Source: Terriglobales bacterium (GTDB lineage Bacteria > Acidobacteriota > Terriglobia > Terriglobales > Acidobacteriaceae). From it: a stretch of DNA of 64,000 nucleotides. A program made the translations under genes and the position numbers. The stretch is taken from contig DATFZT010000205.1 in the NCBI GenBank assembly GCA_035314185.1, positions 2,820 to 66,819 of the forward strand, in the 5' to 3' direction. The notes below the pieces were generated by a model, which saw nothing but the letters and a program-made list of their open reading frames with translations, was not told where the DNA came from and searched no databases. This document shows, piece by piece, positions 8,921 to 18,827 of this stretch (position 1 is the stretch's first letter; each line of letters begins with the position of its first letter).

Positions 8921-9601
8921 TTACTTCTTGGAACGATTTTGCCGGTTCAAAACCTTCACTTCCCGGTGAGGGCTTGAACTGATAAGGTGGGCGCGAATCA
9001 TGATCGCCAGGCGCAGTAGCACGCTTTCCACCCCCTCGGTGGTCAGTCCGATCGATGGAATGGCCGCGATCTCACTGGCGGTAAGTCCTTGCCGGTGGCG
9101 AAGCCAAAAAATCGTGCGCTTTCTCTTCTGGTCCTTACCCGCCGTAACCTGTCTGAGAACCTTGTCGACCTGCTCCAGTTGAATGCGTCGGCTCACTGCG
9201 TCAAAGCTGTCGGTGCCCGCCATCTTCGAATCGATTTGGATTGGTTCGGTGATCGCTTCCGTCTGGCTTGCGCCCCGCTTGGCGGCCAGCGCAGACTTGA
9301 AATGATCGTGGACGACATTGGCCGCAACCACCTTCAGAAACCCATAAATGGAGTCTTTCTGCCGCGGCGAGAACGACCGCAGTAAACGGCTATCATTCTC
9401 GCAGAGCTTCAGGTAGGTGTCCTGGATCAGGTCGTCCAATTGCGAATGTGACGGTTCACCCCAGCGGCGGGCGGTCCTCAGCACCGCAGCCGCAATCACC
9501 ACGTGAAATCGCCGGATGAACTCTGCCCACGCCCCCTCGTCGTTCGAACCAGCGCAGGCTCTTACCAATTCCGTCGACGAGAGCTTCGCGTAGCGCGCCA
9601 C
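8921..9601 (-). CDS. ECF-type RNA polymerase sigma-70 family factor
   Basis: 226-aa ORF. Region-2-like DDLIQDTYLKLCEND and region-4 HTH RTIFWLRHRQGLTASEIAAIPSIGLTTEGVESVLLRL. Confidence 0.85.
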   Translation of the reverse strand: MARYAKLSSTELVRACAGSNDEGAWAEFIRRFHVVIAAAVLRTARRWGEPSHSQLDDLIQDTYLKLCENDSRLLRSFSPRQKDSIYGFLKVVAANVVHDHFKSALAAKRGASQTEAITEPIQIDSKMAGTDSFDAVSRRIQLEQVDKVLRQVTAGKDQKRKRTIFWLRHRQGLTASEIAAIPSIGLTTEGVESVLLRLAIMIRAHLISSSPHREVKVLNRQNRSKK

Positions 9602-9737
9602 AGGTCCACTCCAAGTTGCGGATTCTACATCAGTCCTGCCCCTGGTGCAGTGATAAGTTTATGAAAAACAGGTGGTTTTGTCGTATGGCGTCGAGGCGAT
9701 TTTTCGAGGATTGTTCGAGGCGAGCTGCCCCTGCGGA

Positions 9738-10850
9738 CTAGGCCAGCAGCTTTGCCGCCTCTTTCGCGTAGTAAGTCAGAATGATGCTGGCCCCCGCGCG
9801 GCGGATACAAATCAGCGATTCCATCATCACCCGTTCCCGGTCGATCCATTGGTTGCGCGCCGCAGCCTCGATCATCGCGTACTCCCCCGACACCTGATAC
9901 GCCGCCAGCGGCAGGTCGAAACGGTCTCGCGCCGCGGCAATCACGTCCAGATACGGCATCGCCGGCTTCACCATGATCATGTCCGCGCCCTCTTCGATGT
10001 CCAACTCGATCTCCCGCATCGCCTCGCGAATGTTGGCCGGGTCCATCTGATAAGAACGGCGATCCCCAAACTGCGGCGCTGAATCCGCGGCCTCGCGGAA
10101 CGGCCCATAGAAGCCGGAAGAAAACTTCGCCGCATAAGAAAGGATCGGCGTATTTTCGAAGCCCGCCCGGTCGAGCTCCCCGCGAATCGCCCCGACCCGT
10201 CCATCCATCATGTCCGAGGGTGCGATGATGTCCACGCCCGCCCGCGCCAGCGAGACTGACGTCCGCGCCAGCAACTCCAGGCTGGCGTCGTTCAGGATCT
10301 CGTACTCCGCCGTAACCGGTGGCGCTGCTGCCGCCGCGGCCATCCGTTCGATAGCCTTTTCTTTTTCCTCAGGACTCTTGACCGCTATCGCCATCGCCTT
10401 GCTCACGTCCATTGCCGCCGCGCCCAGCGATTGCGGCCTGCCCGATTGAGCCACGATGCCGCAATGTCCATGCGACATATATTCGCACAGGCAAACGTCG
10501 CCCATCACCAACACGTCGCGCACTTCGCTCTTGATGGCACGTGCCGCCCTCTGCACGATGCCATCCTCCGCCCACGCGTCCGTAGCCACTTCATCTTTTT
10601 TCTCCGGGAGCCCGAACAAAATAACCGACAACACTCCCAGCGCACGCGTTGCGCGCACTTCTTTCACCGCCTCGTCCACCGAAAGGTTGAAAACTCCGGG
10701 CATGGAGCGCACTTCTTTCCGGATTCCGGTCCCGGGGCAAATGAAGAGTGGATACACGAAGGATTCCGGCGTCAGCCGGGTCTCGCGGACCAGGGCACGC
10801 AGCGTTTCAGTGCGCCGCAATCGACGCAGGCGGTTAGCGGGGAAAGCCAT
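9738..10850 (-). CDS. hemB: Porphobilinogen synthase (delta-aminolevulinate dehydratase)
   Basis: [26 protein letters not shown]..., Zn-site Cys cluster [14 protein letters not shown], active-site region [10 protein letters not shown] and [11 protein letters not shown]. About 40 extra residues after GHCG (see finding). Confidence 0.95.
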   Translation of the reverse strand: MAFPANRLRRLRRTETLRALVRETRLTPESFVYPLFICPGTGIRKEVRSMPGVFNLSVDEAVKEVRATRALGVLSVILFGLPEKKDEVATDAWAEDGIVQRAARAIKSEVRDVLVMGDVCLCEYMSHGHCGIVAQSGRPQSLGAAAMDVSKAMAIAVKSPEEKEKAIERMAAAAAAPPVTAEYEILNDASLELLARTSVSLARAGVDIIAPSDMMDGRVGAIRGELDRAGFENTPILSYAAKFSSGFYGPFREAADSAPQFGDRRSYQMDPANIREAMREIELDIEEGADMIMVKPAMPYLDVIAAARDRFDLPLAAYQVSGEYAMIEAAARNQWIDRERVMMESLICIRRAGASIILTYYAKEAAKLLA

Positions 10851-10990
10851 GACACGTAATTCTAGCAGTTGCCGACTCGATCGCCGTGACGCCCATCACA
10901 CCGCCGATGCCCTGCTGGTGGAGAGCCGGGCGCCCCGTCCGACCACCCTCAAGCTGGACGGGCGAGACGATTCATCACCAGTTCACGGCA

Positions 10991-12184
10991 CTATTTCCCA
11001 AGGTGTGGCGGCGGCTTTCTCACCGGGGGATATTTGCCGTGGTGATCCAAGTTCACCCAACCCACGGAAGAGTGGAATATCGGCGGGCCGCCCAGTCTAG
11101 CTGCGGGCATGTGAAACTGCACGTTGATGAAAGCTTCCTGCTGAAATCCCGACGGCTCAAACGCCGTGCTCCTCACCAAATCCATCGCCGCGCGGCTCAA
11201 GTCCCGATCGGACGTCTGCAGGGGCTCAGCGTCCAGCACGCTGCCGTCTTGCGCGTCCAGAATGGCGTGCACGATCACAGGCTGGAAGAAAGTTGAAGTC
11301 GGCCCATCGGAAGGATCGACGCGCATCGGAAAGCGATTGGGCGCCGCCAGCGCGAACGTTCCGCCCTCGTCCACCATTTCGGGCGTCGGCTGGAACAGAT
11401 TCGGATCAATGTCGGACACCTCTTTGAGGCTTTCCACATGCGCCTGAACCGCAAGGCGACCTTCTTCATATATGGAAACTTCTCGCGGCAGGGTGTGGCC
11501 GTGAAATTCCGCAACGCCGTTGTAGTCGTAGACCGCGAAAATTCCCGGGGCTGCGGACCACGTCTGCAAGAGCCCCGTAGCTAAATCAACGCAATATTCG
11601 GTCTCGTACCACGACCGCGGCGCGGGATTCGGCGGGATGGCACGGCTCAGCAACAGGCATGACATCTCCTTGCCGTCCCGCTCAACATTCGCGGCGCGTA
11701 TCGCAAACGCACCCGCATTCCGCCCAATCGGCCTAAGCAGAGCGGAACGGACCATCTGAACCCGCAAGGGAACCGGTTCGGAAGGATTCGTGCCGTAGAC
11801 GCGATCGTCAGCGCCGATACGAATCACTTGCGCATCACCCAAATGCGCCGTCCAGCGCCAGTGCGACCCTCCGTCCGATAACTCCTCCATCGTCCATTCG
11901 CCCTCCATCTGTGCCGCGCCGCTGGTTTCAAACGAAACCTTGAGCGCGTAAGGAGTGGAGATGTCGTGCAGATCGTAGTTATGTCGAGCGCGATCCAGAA
12001 GATCGAGTGCGGCCGAGCGGTCGGCCGGTTTGGTGAGCGTGCGCGGCTGGTGCGTCACCATCTCGTGCGCGTCGGAAGGTGGAGGATTGGTCTGAGCGGG
12101 GGCTGCCTGGATAAAGATTCCGGGAACGCACAACAGCGAGGAAACGAACAATCCGAATCCAATAAACCGGGTGGTGTTTCGCAT
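10991..12184 (-). CDS. Hypothetical secreted protein
   Basis: 397-aa ORF with a signal peptide (MRNTTRFIGFGLFVSSLLCVPGIFIQAAPAQ). Amino-acid composition looks like real protein. I recognise no family motif. Confidence 0.5.
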   Translation of the reverse strand: MRNTTRFIGFGLFVSSLLCVPGIFIQAAPAQTNPPPSDAHEMVTHQPRTLTKPADRSAALDLLDRARHNYDLHDISTPYALKVSFETSGAAQMEGEWTMEELSDGGSHWRWTAHLGDAQVIRIGADDRVYGTNPSEPVPLRVQMVRSALLRPIGRNAGAFAIRAANVERDGKEMSCLLLSRAIPPNPAPRSWYETEYCVDLATGLLQTWSAAPGIFAVYDYNGVAEFHGHTLPREVSIYEEGRLAVQAHVESLKEVSDIDPNLFQPTPEMVDEGGTFALAAPNRFPMRVDPSDGPTSTFFQPVIVHAILDAQDGSVLDAEPLQTSDRDLSRAAMDLVRSTAFEPSGFQQEAFINVQFHMPAARLGGPPIFHSSVGWVNLDHHGKYPPVRKPPPHLGK

Positions 12185-12307
12185 CGGGCCTCCTCAAATC
12201 AACTGAGTTTCAGCAGGGGACCGTCCGCTATTTTAATCAACCTGACCCCCGGACGCAATTCCCCGGACTCGTCCGATGATGAATTGCAAACAATTAATTC
12301 CAAACGA

Positions 12308-13870
12308 TTAATTCCAGTGGTGGGAGTGCCACCAGATTTTCTGGATGTCGAAAGTCACGCCGCGGCACAGATAGACCGGAGTGTTTTCCTCGCCCATGCT
12401 AAAGCGCTGATAGTGCTCGAAGGCCTGAAACGAAGTGCAGTTGTCGCGCACATCGTCAAGGCTCCACTGGATCACGATGAGGTTCTTGTAAACCTGTGGC
12501 GGCGGACCCCAATACCAATGATTCTGGTGGCGCGAGTAGGCAGTGGGAAGCCCGAGCTTGGGACCAAACAAATTAATCGCGCCGGCTTCGCCGTAGTTGC
12601 CGGCCCAAATGCCGGTCGCGGCGCGGTCGTCAGGTGGCAGCGAGTTGTAGATGCCGGAGACTTCATTCACCATCTCGGGCCATCCGAACTGGTCGGCAAC
12701 CGGTTGCTGCAGTAGCGATTCGTGTTTCACCTCGGCCTTGGCGGGTTTGAGGTGCAGAGCGTTTTGATACGCGAGGACCCGCTCCGGCGGCAGCATCCAC
12801 GTCATCAGCGGGATGGCGGGAAGCGCTGCCAGCAAGATGACGGCGACAACCGCCGCCCGTGTCCAAGCCGCGCGGTCTGCCAGCCACCGCTCGAACACCA
12901 CCGCCCCGCCGGCGAACAGCATCGGATAGATCGGAAAAACGTAGTAGTTCTTGGCATGCGCGACTTCCATCAATACGAAGTAGACTGCAAAAGTCATGCC
13001 GAGTAAGCGCCAGCGGCGGTCACGGAGAAACCAGATCAGCCCCGAGAGCCATACCGGCAATAGGATCGGGTGCATGTCGATAATCTGTTCCTTCACGAAC
13101 GCAAGCGGCCCGAGCACGACGTTTTTGCCTTCGCGGCGAACGTTGCCGAGGTCTTCAATCGTCGGGAAGTGATGCCGGATTTGCCAGATGATGTTGGGCA
13201 AAAACAATGCGAGAGCGATGGCCCCCGCGATCCAGATCCAAGGCCGTGCGAACTCGCGGCGATCATGCGTCAAAATCAAAGCGACGGTGACCGCGAATCC
13301 AAACGACAACGTGGAGTGTTTATTTTCGAGCCCCAGTCCAGCGAGCACTCCGAACCATAGCCAGAGTCGCGAGTCGCCCGTGCGCAAGATCCGTGCGACC
13401 ACCCAAATGCAGCCCATCCAGAACAGCGGCTCGAAAGCATTCATGGTAAGCAGGCTGTCCGTCATTAGAACGGCGGGGCAAAGCAGAATGGCGAATCCGG
13501 CAAGAAGCTGGGCATAGCGACCACCGCCGAGTTCACGCGCGATGAGCATGGTGAGCGCGATGAGCGCCGTCCCCGCCAGCGCCGGCAAAATCCGCAGCGC
13601 CGCCAGTGAACCGCCCATCAGCAGCGCGACCTTCGCGTATACGGCAATGAGCGGCGCGGCATCGACGTAGCCCCAATCGAGGTGGCGCGCCATGTCGAGG
13701 TAATAAAGCTCGTCGCGGAAGTAGCCATACTGCCGTACGCTGGTGAAGATATGCAGCAGTAGCTTGGCCGTGCAAAGGCCAATCAGAATGCCCACCGCGA
13801 GCGGCGGAAGAGCCGGACGCTCCTCGCCGAAGTGAGCGGTGCCGGACTGCGCACTATCAGCAACAGCCAT
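12308..13870 (-). CDS. Glycosyltransferase family 39 (ArnT/PMT-like) polytopic membrane protein
   Basis: 520 aa with about 10 hydrophobic segments. N-terminal loop motif YGYFRDELYYLDMARHLDWGYVDAAPL is typical of GT39/ArnT-like enzymes. Confidence 0.8.
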   Translation of the reverse strand: MAVADSAQSGTAHFGEERPALPPLAVGILIGLCTAKLLLHIFTSVRQYGYFRDELYYLDMARHLDWGYVDAAPLIAVYAKVALLMGGSLAALRILPALAGTALIALTMLIARELGGGRYAQLLAGFAILLCPAVLMTDSLLTMNAFEPLFWMGCIWVVARILRTGDSRLWLWFGVLAGLGLENKHSTLSFGFAVTVALILTHDRREFARPWIWIAGAIALALFLPNIIWQIRHHFPTIEDLGNVRREGKNVVLGPLAFVKEQIIDMHPILLPVWLSGLIWFLRDRRWRLLGMTFAVYFVLMEVAHAKNYYVFPIYPMLFAGGAVVFERWLADRAAWTRAAVVAVILLAALPAIPLMTWMLPPERVLAYQNALHLKPAKAEVKHESLLQQPVADQFGWPEMVNEVSGIYNSLPPDDRAATGIWAGNYGEAGAINLFGPKLGLPTAYSRHQNHWYWGPPPQVYKNLIVIQWSLDDVRDNCTSFQAFEHYQRFSMGEENTPVYLCRGVTFDIQKIWWHSHHWN

Positions 13871-13992
13871 AAGCAGAGCTCCTCAGCCGAAGCGCTCCTG
13901 GCGCGGTTTCTTACAGAATACTTTTTCAGAACGCTTTCGTCGAATCCAGCAAAGTCCAGCGGTGCGGACTTCCTCCATAAGATGTTCGCATC

Positions 13993-14721
13993 CTAATTTG
14001 CCCATCCGAAGAACAAAGCGACCACCCCAAACGTGTCAATGAACCCGTGCGCTAGAATGCACACCCACAGGTTGCGTCCGGATAGCAGATAAGCAGTTCC
14101 AAGAACTAGGCCAGCCATGCCGGAGTCCACCATCCCCGATGGACCTTTGTAGTAGTGTCCGATTCCGAAGAGCACGGACACCATCAAGACGCCGACCCAG
14201 TACGCAGTTTTGGAACGCCGGCCCACGTCCGCAGCCCGCGTGATCAGGTATCCCCGGTAGCTGATCTCTTCTCCAAATGCGGCGAAGGTCCAGACGATGA
14301 GCAGCCAGCGCAGTGCGACCGTTGCATGGCCTGTAATTTCCTCAAAGCCACCAGGCGCTTTTGCCGCCGGCCAGAAATGCGCCGTGACGGGATCGATCAC
14401 CAGTAAACCGAGCAGGAGTCTTACGGCAGCCGCTACGAGTGCAAACAACACGGTCCGCCGCCACGAGTCCGGCCAACCCAGGCCAATTACGCCCCAGCCG
14501 CCGTCTCGCACCCGCAGCGAAATCAGACCGATCACGAAGAGGATGGGCACTTCATTGGGAATGACGTGGTAGACGTTGTAGCCGATAACAATCGCGCCAC
14601 CGAGCACAAACTCCGCGAGGGAAAACCATCTCTGAGCAGGGGTCAGTCGGCTTCCTCGCAATGGGCCGGACTCAGTCGCGCTGGCCGTAAACGTCTCGCT
14701 TGCATTGGTCGATCCGTTCAT
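13993..14721 (-). CDS. CPBP family intramembrane glutamic endopeptidase (CAAX/Abi)
   Basis: Motifs FAAFGEEISYRGYL, LFGIGHYYKG and ILAHGFIDT. I moved the start to ATG 14721, which is preceded by GGAGGAG and avoids overlap with the upstream gene. The ORF track start is 14871. Confidence 0.8.
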   Translation of the reverse strand: MNGSTNASETFTASATESGPLRGSRLTPAQRWFSLAEFVLGGAIVIGYNVYHVIPNEVPILFVIGLISLRVRDGGWGVIGLGWPDSWRRTVLFALVAAAVRLLLGLLVIDPVTAHFWPAAKAPGGFEEITGHATVALRWLLIVWTFAAFGEEISYRGYLITRAADVGRRSKTAYWVGVLMVSVLFGIGHYYKGPSGMVDSGMAGLVLGTAYLLSGRNLWVCILAHGFIDTFGVVALFFGWAN

Positions 14722-14762
14722 TGGCTCCTCCTTCCGTTGTTGCTTCGCCGACTGGATCACCC

Positions 14763-15389
14763 TTAAGGGAGCGCGCGCGATTTCCGGTATTGCCGCACAA
14801 ACCAGAGCGCGACGTGCGTAGTCAACATCACCAGCCCGCAACCCACCATCCATCCGATCGGCACGGTCCACCAGCCCAAAACATCCTTGCCGCCCGATGG
14901 AACACTCCCGAAGCCCATGCGAAACGAGATTTCGGAATCGCCCGCGCTATTCGCAAAAACCCACAATCCCGCAGTGCGCGGATGAAATGGCTTCAACACC
15001 GCCACCAGAATGAAAACAGCGGCGAAGAAATATCCGAGGATGGAGCCGAGCATCACAAAAAAACCGGCGATGCTCAGGCTCGCCCAGCGGAACAAGCCCC
15101 TGAGAATCCGCACCGGTGACCGGCTCACCTCGGCCCGCGCCAGCAGCGTATCGGTCATGTACTGGCTGGCCAGCTCTTCCGGAGAACCCAGTGCGGTCAG
15201 CGCCGCGTCAACTCTAGCGGCCGTGACTTCTCCGTTCGCTTCTCCCGAAGCGGCGGCCTTGTCCATAATGTGGCTGCGCAACTCTTCCACGATCTCGCGA
15301 ACCTCGTCATCCTTTATGCCGCGCAATCGCCCGCGTAACCTGCCCAGGTACGCATCGATTCTTTGCTGCGAGTCTCCTGTCAAGGTCAT
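14763..15389 (-). CDS. PadR-associated membrane protein (DUF1700/HAAS-like)
   Basis: N-terminus IDAYLGRLRGRLRGIKDDEVREIVEELRSHI followed by TM segments. The start overlaps the PadR stop by 4 nt. Confidence 0.6.
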   Translation of the reverse strand: MTLTGDSQQRIDAYLGRLRGRLRGIKDDEVREIVEELRSHIMDKAAASGEANGEVTAARVDAALTALGSPEELASQYMTDTLLARAEVSRSPVRILRGLFRWASLSIAGFFVMLGSILGYFFAAVFILVAVLKPFHPRTAGLWVFANSAGDSEISFRMGFGSVPSGGKDVLGWWTVPIGWMVGCGLVMLTTHVALWFVRQYRKSRALP

Positions 15390-15760
15390 TCGTTCTCCTT
15401 CGTGAGGGGAGCGAGCAGCTTGCTCATGCTTGATGAGAACTGCGCCCAGATCCCGGCCATCTCAAGTGCTCGCCGCTTCCCGGCCGGCGTGAGGGCATAG
15501 TATTTCCGCGGATGTCCGGCATCCGACGCCACCCACTCGCTGCGCACCAGGCCCAGCGCCTTTAATCGGCTGAGCAATGGATAAACCGTTCCCTCGGAGA
15601 CGACAAGATCGGAGTCGCTCTCCAGCCGCCGCAGAATCTCAAGTCCGTAACCTCTGCCGTCCCACAACGCAGCCAGGATGGCCAGCTCAAGACATCCTTT
15701 GCGGAGTTGTACTTCCCATTTGTCTCCGGTCTCCAGATCGCGCGCATCGCGTTCTTTCAT
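15386..15760 (-). CDS. PadR family transcriptional regulator
   Basis: LELAILAALWDGRGYGLEILRRL...EGTVYPLLSRLKALGLVRSEW is the PadR winged-helix signature. Confidence 0.85.
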   Translation of the reverse strand: MKERDARDLETGDKWEVQLRKGCLELAILAALWDGRGYGLEILRRLESDSDLVVSEGTVYPLLSRLKALGLVRSEWVASDAGHPRKYYALTPAGKRRALEMAGIWAQFSSSMSKLLAPLTKENE

Positions 15761-15914
15761 TCTGGATACTATGTATTACAAGGTATGGTGTTGTCAACAG
15801 GTAGACAGTTGCAGCAACCACCGGTTTCAAAGCTTCGGAATCCTTACGGACTGCACCAATGGAGGACGCCGGGCGGTCCCCTGCAAACTCAAGGAGTGAA
15901 CAGAAGGTTTTCTC

Positions 15915-16376
15915 TCAGAACGCTTTCGCCGTATCCAGCAGAATCGTAACCGGCCCTTCGTTGACCAATTCCACCTGCATTGTTTCCTGAAAGCGTCCAG
16001 TTCCCGAGCGCAGGCCGGCGGCGCGGATTTTCTCCACAAAATATTCGTAGAGTTCGCGAGCCTGCTCAGGCGGAGCGGCCGCGTCGAACGATGGCCTCTT
16101 GCCGCGGCGCGCGTCTCCATAGAGAGTAAACTGGGAGACCACCAGCACCGCGCCCGCAACCTCGGCGACCGACAAATTCATTTTGCCGCCGGCATCTTCA
16201 AAAATACGCAAGCCAATCGTCTTCTCAGCAAGGTAATCCGCGTCAGCGTGCGTATCTCCCACCCCCACGCCCAGCAGCACCACCAGGCCAAGCCCGATCT
16301 CGCCCGTAGTCTCACGGTTGACCTCGTCGCCCACAGTCACTCTAGCCCGGCTCACGCGCTGTACCACGGCGCGCAT
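15915..16376 (-). CDS. dtd: D-aminoacyl-tRNA deacylase
   Basis: [15 protein letters not shown]...[18 protein letters not shown]...[10 protein letters not shown], the canonical Dtd pattern. Confidence 0.95.
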   Translation of the reverse strand: MRAVVQRVSRARVTVGDEVNRETTGEIGLGLVVLLGVGVGDTHADADYLAEKTIGLRIFEDAGGKMNLSVAEVAGAVLVVSQFTLYGDARRGKRPSFDAAAPPEQARELYEYFVEKIRAAGLRSGTGRFQETMQVELVNEGPVTILLDTAKAF

Positions 16377-16823
16377 TTAACGGCTGGCCTCGCCCAAAAG
16401 CGACTCGTGTCCCGCCAGCGCCTGCCAGCGGCCGTCGCGGTAGATGAAGACATCGGTGAAGCGGACGCGCGCCACAACCTTGCCGGAAACGTCCACCAAG
16501 GTAGCGAGTCCGCGAGTAAATCCGGAGTTGCCCTCGACGTGCGCACGCATTTCCGAAAGGTGATTCACCCCCGCCTTCCGATTCGGGATATGCTCCAGCG
16601 TCTGGCTGCGGTTATGCAGTGAGCCATCGACATCGGCGTCTTCAAATTCGTCAGCCAGCAAGCAGGCAACGGCGCCAGCATCTTTGCGGCTGAGGGCCGC
16701 GGCCCAGTTCTGTTCCAGTTCGATGAGTGCAGCCTCGGTCTTCGGCTGATTCCTGGGACAATCGGCGGCGAATGCGGACCACGCGAGGGCCAGCAGAACC
16801 GCAAGCAGGATTAGGATTTTCAC
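16377..16823 (-). CDS. SnoaL/DUF4440-like (NTF2 fold) secreted protein
   Basis: ALIELEQNWAAALSRKDAGAVACLLADEF...FIYRDGRWQALAGHES. I set the start at GTG 16823 (VKILILLAVLLALAWSAFA signal peptide); the track start is 16892. Confidence 0.6.
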   Translation of the reverse strand: MKILILLAVLLALAWSAFAADCPRNQPKTEAALIELEQNWAAALSRKDAGAVACLLADEFEDADVDGSLHNRSQTLEHIPNRKAGVNHLSEMRAHVEGNSGFTRGLATLVDVSGKVVARVRFTDVFIYRDGRWQALAGHESLLGEASR

Positions 16824-17111
16824 GTCCAGATCGTGACATGAGTTCACTGAAATGAGCAAGAGCGCCACCAAATCCGGTTCGCGTTTGACCACTCTCCCAG
16901 ACGCCAGTTAGGATTCGGTAGTGATCTCCACCCATCTCAGCTTCAAGCGGTCCTGTTTTGTTCCGTTACTTCCTTTGCATACTTTTCCGATCCCTTTTAG
17001 ACTACTGGTTCCGACTTCATACGATCCGTCGAGCAATATGCAGTCGTAAATAAGCAAACGCCGGCCCGGAACCCGGACTCGCGATTCCCAGATTTAGAAA
17101 CGAGGAGAAAC

Positions 17112-17357
17112 ATGGCAGCCGTTGATGAAAAAGTGAAACAGATCATTGTCGAGCAATTAGGTGTGGATGAGGGCGAGGTCACGCCCAGCGCTTCATTCGT
17201 GGATGACCTGGGCGCCGATTCGCTCGATACCGTCGAGCTTGTGATGGCCTTCGAAGAGGCCTTCGATATCGAAATCCCCGACGAGGATGCGGAAAAAATT
17301 CGCACCGTAAACGATGCCGTCGACTACATTGGCAAGCACGTGAAAGCGGGCAAGTAA
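17112..17357 (+). CDS. acpP: Acyl carrier protein
   Basis: 81 aa with the phosphopantetheine site [17 protein letters not shown]. Confidence 0.95.
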   Translation: MAAVDEKVKQIIVEQLGVDEGEVTPSASFVDDLGADSLDTVELVMAFEEAFDIEIPDEDAEKIRTVNDAVDYIGKHVKAGK

Positions 17358-17513
17358 TTTGGCTGGATCTTGCCTCACACATTGGCTTTTGCAGGGCGGC
17401 TTTCAGCCGTGCCGCGACGAACCAACAAGAGACGAGGGCTTTAGCCCCTTAGGGTAGCCGCGGCTTACTTCCTCGGCCCATGAGAATCGCCTCAGGCAAT
17501 TCGGAGATTTAAT

Positions 17514-18761
17514 CTGTCGACGAGCCAACAAAGACGGGTCGTCATTACCGGCATCGGCCTCATCTGCTCCGTGGGCAATACCACCGCCGCGGTGTGGCAG
17601 GCTTTGCTCGCCGGCAAGAGCGGCGTCGACCGAATTACCGCCTTCGACGCCTCCGCCTTTGCCTGCCAGATCGCAGCCGAGGTTCGCAACTTCGATCCCC
17701 TCAATTTCATTGAGAAAAAAGAAGTCAAGAAGATGGGCCGCTTCATCCACTTCGCCATTGCCGCCGCCGAGGAAGCTACGAAAATGTCGCAGCTCCAGGT
17801 CACGCCCGAAAATGCCGAAAACGTCGGCGTGCATATCGGCTCGGGCATCGGCGGATTCGACGTGATCGAGCGCGAACATACCGCGCTCCTGGAGGGCGGT
17901 CCGCGCAAGATCTCGCCTTTCTTTATCCCTGCCTCCATCATCAACCTCGCCGCCGGACACGTTTCCATGCGCGTCGGCGCCAAGGGCCCCAATGAAGCGA
18001 CCGCCACCGCCTGCACCACCAGTGCCCACTCCATCGGCGATTCCTTCCGCATCATCCAGCACCAGGATGCCGACGTAATGATTGCCGGAGGCGCCGAGGC
18101 CGCCATCACTCCCATGGGCGTCGGCGGTTTCGCCGCCATGCGCGCGCTTTCCACCCGCAATGACGATCCCGCTCGCGCCAGCCGTCCCTGGGACAAAGAC
18201 CGTGACGGTTTCGTCATGGGCGAAGGCGCCGGCATCATGGTTCTCGAAGAGCTCGAGCATGCCCGCCGCCGCGGCGCTCCCATCCTGGCGGAAATCGTCG
18301 GCTACGGCATGTCCGCCGACGCGTATCACATGACCCAGCCTGCTCCCGAACATGAAGGCGGTTTCCGTGTCATGCGCAACGCACTGCGCGATGCGAAACT
18401 CGACGCCAGCGTAGTGGGATACCTGAACGCTCACGGCACCTCAACGCCCATTGGCGACACCCTCGAAGCGCACGCCATTCGAAATTTATTTGGGAAAAAA
18501 GTTCCGGTCAGTTCCACCAAGTCCATGACCGGCCATCTGCTGGGTGGAGCGGGTGGATTAGAAGCGGGAGTTACGGTGCTGGCGCTGCGCGATCAGATTC
18601 TGCCCCCCACCATCAACCTCGAAAATCAGGACCCCGAGACCGATAACATGGATTTCGTACCCAACCACGCCCGGAAAGCAAGTTTCCAATACGCCATGTC
18701 AAATTCCTTCGGCTTCGGAGGCACCAACGGCGCCCTGCTCTTCCGTCGCTGGACCGAATAA
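17514..18761 (+). CDS. fabF: 3-oxoacyl-ACP synthase II
   Basis: RRVVITGIG..., active-site ATACTTSAHS, HGTSTP and NSFGFGGTN. The conserved N-terminus lies upstream of the first canonical start (GTG 17571). I propose CTG 17514, 7 nt after GGAG (17503-17506). Confidence 0.85.
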   Translation: MSTSQQRRVVITGIGLICSVGNTTAAVWQALLAGKSGVDRITAFDASAFACQIAAEVRNFDPLNFIEKKEVKKMGRFIHFAIAAAEEATKMSQLQVTPENAENVGVHIGSGIGGFDVIEREHTALLEGGPRKISPFFIPASIINLAAGHVSMRVGAKGPNEATATACTTSAHSIGDSFRIIQHQDADVMIAGGAEAAITPMGVGGFAAMRALSTRNDDPARASRPWDKDRDGFVMGEGAGIMVLEELEHARRRGAPILAEIVGYGMSADAYHMTQPAPEHEGGFRVMRNALRDAKLDASVVGYLNAHGTSTPIGDTLEAHAIRNLFGKKVPVSSTKSMTGHLLGGAGGLEAGVTVLALRDQILPPTINLENQDPETDNMDFVPNHARKASFQYAMSNSFGFGGTNGALLFRRWTE

Positions 18762-18814
18762 GCTCGTGTGGTGACGGGGCTCTGCCCCGTCCAGCGGGGC
18801 GGAGCCCCGCCACC
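18761..18814. repeat. REP-like hairpin element, family C
   Basis: agctcgtgtggtgacggggctctgccccgtccagcggggcggagccccgccaccacac. Related copies at 30671-30715 and, in reverse orientation, 63610-63643. Located 3' of fabF. Confidence 0.75.
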
Positions 18815-18827
18815 ACACAAACGGTCC

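Noticed and set aside
17403-18434. 343-aa minus-strand ORF opposite fabF (and 17492-18283)
   Set aside because: It is a Gly/Ala/Asp-rich shadow of the fabF coding frame. fabF motifs are unambiguous on the + strand.
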